DNA of 64,000 bases from an uncultured Oscillospiraceae bacterium (lineage in GTDB: Bacteria; Bacillota; Clostridia; Oscillospirales; Oscillospiraceae): contig CAJTQP010000002.1 of NCBI GenBank assembly GCA_910578575.1, forward strand, positions 11,245 through 75,244. The letters run 5' to 3'. Positions 60,091 to 64,000 of this stretch are shown in pieces (within the stretch, counting starts at the first letter, position 1; each line of letters opens with the position of its first letter). The translations under genes and the position numbers were made by a program. A model generated the notes under the pieces. The model was not told the DNA's origin. It saw nothing but the letters and a program-made list of their open reading frames with translations, and did no database searches.

Positions 60091-62109
60091 TCAGCGAATC
60101 CCAGCCGTCTCCCGCAGCTGGAAGCGAGACACCAGCTCCCGCAGCATGGCCGCCTGGCCGGACAGCTCCTCGCTGGCGGCGGCACTCTCCTCGGCGGTGG
60201 CCACGTTGGTCTGGACCACCGTGGAGATCTGCCCGATCCCCTGGGTGATCTCCTCGGCGTTGACATCCTGCTGGCGGGTGTAGTCGGCGATGCCGTCGAT
60301 GAGCTTGCTCATCTCGTCGGCGTGGGCCACCACGTCCAGCATGGAGGTGGCCGTATCCTGGGCGGCCTGGACCCCCTCGTCCATGGACTCCACCGTCTGG
60401 CTCAGCAGCACCGTGGTCTCCTGGGCGGCTTCCGAGGATTTCCCCGCCAGGGCCCGGACCTCATCGGCCACCACCGCGAAGCCCTTCCCTGCGGCCCCGG
60501 CACGGGCGGCCTCTACGGCGGCGTTCAGGGCCAGGATGTTGGTCTGGAAAGCGATGTCCTCGATGGTCTTCACCACCTTGTGGATCTCCGTGGACTTGTC
60601 GCTGATGCGCTGGATCACCACCGTCATATTCTTCATCTTGTCGTTGCTGGACAGCAGCCCATCCTTCACCGCCTGGGAGAGGCGGCGGGCCTCCTGGGCC
60701 CCCTGGGCGATCTTATGCACGCTGTCGGACATGGCGTTGATGTGCCCCGCCAGGGTCTCCACCTCTGCCGCCTGCTCTGTGGAGCCCTGGGACAGGGTGG
60801 TGGCGCTGTTGGACACCTGCTCTGCCCCGGCGGCCACGTCCTTGGAGGCGGCCCGGAGCTGGCCCATGATCCCGTTCAGGGCGTAGGAGATCTCCTCCAG
60901 GCTGCTCTTGATCTTTTCAAACTCCCCGTTGTACTCCTGCTGGAGGGTAAAGGTCAGGTTCCCGTCGGCAATCTCCCGCAGGGTATCCGCGATCTCATTG
61001 ATGTAGGTCACATAGCTGCGCAGTTGGAGGGTGACTTGATTGAAGTCGTCCGCCAGCACCCCCAGCTCGTCGTTGGAGTGGTAGTGTATCTTCTGGTTCA
61101 GCTCCCCCTGGGCAATGCGGGTGGCCACCCGGCTGAGCTCCTGCACCGGCCGACCAATGACCCGCCGGACCTGGATCACCACCAGCACCACCAGCACCAG
61201 CACCGCCAGCACTGCCACCAGCAGCATACTCCCGGTCAACTGGTTCAGCTCCTGGAGCACCTCCCCGCGGGAGACGTAGGCCACCGCCGCCCAGTCGCTG
61301 CCGGGGACCTGCTCCACCTGGACATAGCTGCCCTCATAGAGGTCCAGCCCGGTGGCCCCGTTGCTGATGCGCTGGCTCACATAGCCATAGAGGCCCTCTG
61401 TCAGCTCTCCCAGGGTCTTGCCGGTGATATTGGGGTCCTTGTGGCCGATGATGGTGTCTGTGCGGGTATCCACCAAAAAGATGCCGCCGGTGTCCTCGAT
61501 CTGGACCTGGCTGACGATCTGGGAGATGGCGTCCAGATACACATCTGCCGCAGCCACCCCCCGCACGGCGCCGCCGCTGGTCTTCAGCACCCCGGAGGCC
61601 CCCACCACATAGGCCTGGCTGTCCTCATCAAAATACACATCCCCCAGGATGAAGTCCTCGGAGTTGATCCCATCTTGGTACCAACTCTTGGTGGTGGCGT
61701 CAAAATCCGGCCCCGGCACGAAGGAGGCGTGGTATAGGGCCCCGTCCGTCAGGGCCACATAGAGCCCGGCGGGGTAGGCCTCGTTCTGTCCCACGGTGTG
61801 GCGGATGTATTCCGACATGGCGGGGACATCCATATCCTCATATTCAATGGTATCCCGCTGGGCCTCCAGCATGGTCAGGGTACTGTTCATCCAGGCCCTG
61901 GTCTCCTGGAGGGTCCGCTCCGTGGTGGTCTGCAACAGGTCCTCGCTCTTGTCTGACAGCGCATGGGACATCTGGAAATAGACGATGCCAAGCAAAAGCG
62001 CCACCGCGATGATCACGCTGCCCACGATGGCCACCACCAATTTCCCCGTGATCCCCCAGCCTTGCCGGGTCTTACCGGGGCGCGCAGTGCCCTCTCTTCT
62101 CTGCTTCAT
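60091..62109 (-). CDS. Methyl-accepting chemotaxis protein (Cache sensor, HAMP, signalling domain)
   Basis: [32 protein letters not shown]; two TM helices. Confidence 0.95.
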   Translation of the reverse strand: MKQRREGTARPGKTRQGWGITGKLVVAIVGSVIIAVALLLGIVYFQMSHALSDKSEDLLQTTTERTLQETRAWMNSTLTMLEAQRDTIEYEDMDVPAMSEYIRHTVGQNEAYPAGLYVALTDGALYHASFVPGPDFDATTKSWYQDGINSEDFILGDVYFDEDSQAYVVGASGVLKTSGGAVRGVAAADVYLDAISQIVSQVQIEDTGGIFLVDTRTDTIIGHKDPNITGKTLGELTEGLYGYVSQRISNGATGLDLYEGSYVQVEQVPGSDWAAVAYVSRGEVLQELNQLTGSMLLVAVLAVLVLVVLVVIQVRRVIGRPVQELSRVATRIAQGELNQKIHYHSNDELGVLADDFNQVTLQLRSYVTYINEIADTLREIADGNLTFTLQQEYNGEFEKIKSSLEEISYALNGIMGQLRAASKDVAAGAEQVSNSATTLSQGSTEQAAEVETLAGHINAMSDSVHKIAQGAQEARRLSQAVKDGLLSSNDKMKNMTVVIQRISDKSTEIHKVVKTIEDIAFQTNILALNAAVEAARAGAAGKGFAVVADEVRALAGKSSEAAQETTVLLSQTVESMDEGVQAAQDTATSMLDVVAHADEMSKLIDGIADYTRQQDVNAEEITQGIGQISTVVQTNVATAEESAAASEELSGQAAMLRELVSRFQLRETAGIR

Positions 62110-62387
62110 ACCGATTACTCCCTTATCAATCAACTCTTCCGTCATTTTACAGGGAATGTTTTCTTCCCATGAAACGATCCCTGCCGTATGACATCAAAAT
62201 TATACCAAGTCAAACGTGAGAAAACAAGTATTTTGTTGGGATATGCTAAACTTTGCGGCAATTTCTCCCAACACCTCCCCAGGGCGTTGGCATCCCCCTT
62301 CCCCCAGCATTCCCAGGAGAAGGGTGTTGCGCTTCCAGCTTTTTTCGTGTATACTATACCATGAAGCTATCCTTGCGGGGTGAAGTA

Positions 62388-63068
62388 ATGTATCAGGTGA
62401 TCATCGTAGAAGACGACCCCATGGTCTCTGAGATTGAAAAACAATATGTGGAGCACAACAGCGACAAAATGGCCATAGCTGGTATTTTCCACAATGGGCA
62501 GGATGCGCTGGACTTCATCCGCTCCAACCCGGTGGACCTTATCATGCTGGACTACTATATGCCGGTGATGGACGGGCGCAGCTTCCTCACCACCCTCCGG
62601 GCGGAGGGTTATATGGCAGAGGTGATTATGGTCACCGCCGCCAGCGAAGCCAGCCATGTGGGGGAACTGTACGCCTACGGCGTCTCGGACTACCTCATCA
62701 AGCCCTTTGATTACACCCGCTTTCAGACCTCTCTGAAGCGTTTCCTCTCCCGGCGGGAGGCCTTCTCCGGCGACAAGGCCTTCAACCAAGAGGAGCTGGA
62801 CCGGGTGATCTCCCCGGACGTACAGCGGGGCCTGCGGCTCATGGACAAGGGCATCCATCCGGTGACCTTGGAGCTGATCTGCTCCTTTTTGCGGGAGCAC
62901 AAGAATGAGCGGCTGTCCATCGACGACCTGGCCAAAAACGTGGCCCTCTCCCGTGTGACCCTCCGGCGCTATATGAACTATCTCATTGACAAAAACTACG
63001 TCATCGGCGGTGTAGATTACTACACAGGGGGCCGCCCCTCCGCCATGTACACGTATATTGGGGATTGA
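62388..63068 (+). CDS. CitB/DcuR family response regulator
   Basis: IVEDDPMV, LDYYMP, DYLIKPF, LSRVTLRRY, GGRP. Confidence 0.9.
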   Translation: MYQVIIVEDDPMVSEIEKQYVEHNSDKMAIAGIFHNGQDALDFIRSNPVDLIMLDYYMPVMDGRSFLTTLRAEGYMAEVIMVTAASEASHVGELYAYGVSDYLIKPFDYTRFQTSLKRFLSRREAFSGDKAFNQEELDRVISPDVQRGLRLMDKGIHPVTLELICSFLREHKNERLSIDDLAKNVALSRVTLRRYMNYLIDKNYVIGGVDYYTGGRPSAMYTYIGD

Positions 63069-63070
63069 CC

Positions 63071-63110
63071 AAAGCCCCGGCGCGATCCACTCCGCGCCGG
63101 GGCTTTCTCT
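63071..63110 (+). terminator. Intrinsic terminator
   Basis: aaagccccggcgcg...cgcgccggggcttt. Confidence 0.85.
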
Positions 63111-63282
63111 TGGAAACATAGGAACCAACCTTCCTTTTATCTTGACAAAAAGGATATCGTAAAATAAAGCGGTATGTGTAGGTGATTACGCAGGAAATCA
63201 GCGTGTACTTGAGGCTTTTTCTCAAATATGCGTTGATTTTTTTACACTTCTGGGTATAATGGCAGTGAGGAGGGCAATGGAT

Positions 63283-64000
63283 ATGTTGATACAGTTTCGA
63301 TTTCAGAATTTCAAATCCTTCCGGGATGATACGATCCTGGACCTCTCGGCCACAAAAATCTCGGAATACAGCAATCATATTATTTCATCTGGCAATGAAA
63401 GACTTCTCCCTGCCGCCGCTATTTTCGGGGCCAATGCCAGCGGAAAATCGAATGTCATTGAAGCGCTGCGCTTTATGGCAACATACGTCATAGACTCCTT
63501 CATGTACGGCGGCGACAACGAAAAGGAGCGGATTGAACGGCTGCGGAACACCCCGTTCCTCTTTGATTCCGCCAGCGAGAAAGAAGCGTCTTCCTTTGAG
63601 GTCTATTTCACTGGCGATGAAGAGCATGGAGAAAAAACCTATAATTACGGTTTTACGTTAAACAACCACGGCATTGTTGAGGAGTGGCTGAACACCAAAG
63701 CAAAAACTGCAAGGAGCTTCCGGAAGATCTTCCATCGGAATCCGGAAGAACTGGTGTTAGACGGAATTTCTTCCGGGCAGGAAGAAAATATCAGACTTTC
63801 TTTGGAAAAGGAAGTTTTGGTTGCTTCTCTGGGCGCGAAGCTCAAGATAAACATTTTGAAGACAGTGCGGGATTGGTTCTATTTTCTGAACTTTGCAGAT
63901 TTCGGAGATCCCAAGGAAAATGAATTTTTATCCTCCAGGATTCCCCGTGGGTTTTCTCAGAACAGACAAGTTCAGAGAGACGTTGCTTCCTATCTGGCAA
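63283..64000 (+). CDS. AAA_21/RloA-like ATPase, truncated by window end
   Basis: Manual translation MLIQFRFQNFKSFRD...AIFGANASGKSN...YNYGF...IVEEWL; open to the end; low GC. Confidence 0.82.
   Translation, partial: MLIQFRFQNFKSFRDDTILDLSATKISEYSNHIISSGNERLLPAAAIFGANASGKSNVIEALRFMATYVIDSFMYGGDNEKERIERLRNTPFLFDSASEKEASSFEVYFTGDEEHGEKTYNYGFTLNNHGIVEEWLNTKAKTARSFRKIFHRNPEELVLDGISSGQEENIRLSLEKEVLVASLGAKLKINILKTVRDWFYFLNFADFGDPKENEFLSSRIPRGFSQNRQVQRDVASYLA

Overview
High-GC Firmicute chromosomal segment, most likely Oscillospiraceae-like Clostridia (inferred from gene content, T-boxes, SLH domains and a sporulation-type pdaB). It is mostly housekeeping and amino-acid metabolism: thiolase, metNIQ under a Met T-box, lepA, DEAD-box helicase, mnmG/mnmA, pdxK, a polar amino-acid ABC transporter, metY-cysK, the his operon, the leu operon under a Leu T-box, gdhA, sortase B, hpf, niaY-pncB, an MCP and a response regulator. 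Between these sit small accessory modules: an ART-like gene, a low-GC lactococcin-972-like bacteriocin locus, a fused MNT-HEPN, two paralogous DUF4160 two-gene cassettes, DinJ-YafQ, Uma2, an orphan RelB, an AAA-DUF4143 ATPase and a truncated RloA-like ATPase. No integrase, transposase, tRNA/rRNA or CRISPR array was seen. The most interesting signals are missing from the ORF track: (1) a 43-codon leader ORF with Cys-Cys-Cys inside an RBS-sequestering hairpin ahead of metY-cysK, a candidate cysteine-sensing translational attenuator; (2) a candidate type I toxin-antitoxin locus (28-aa hydrophobic peptide plus convergent antisense RNA) after leuB; (3) an ~80-nt sRNA with an anti-SD/anti-AUG seed next to hpf; (4) four copies of a ~153-bp GTAG-type REP doublet with a conserved core. 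All family assignments come from motif recognition by eye, not database searches.
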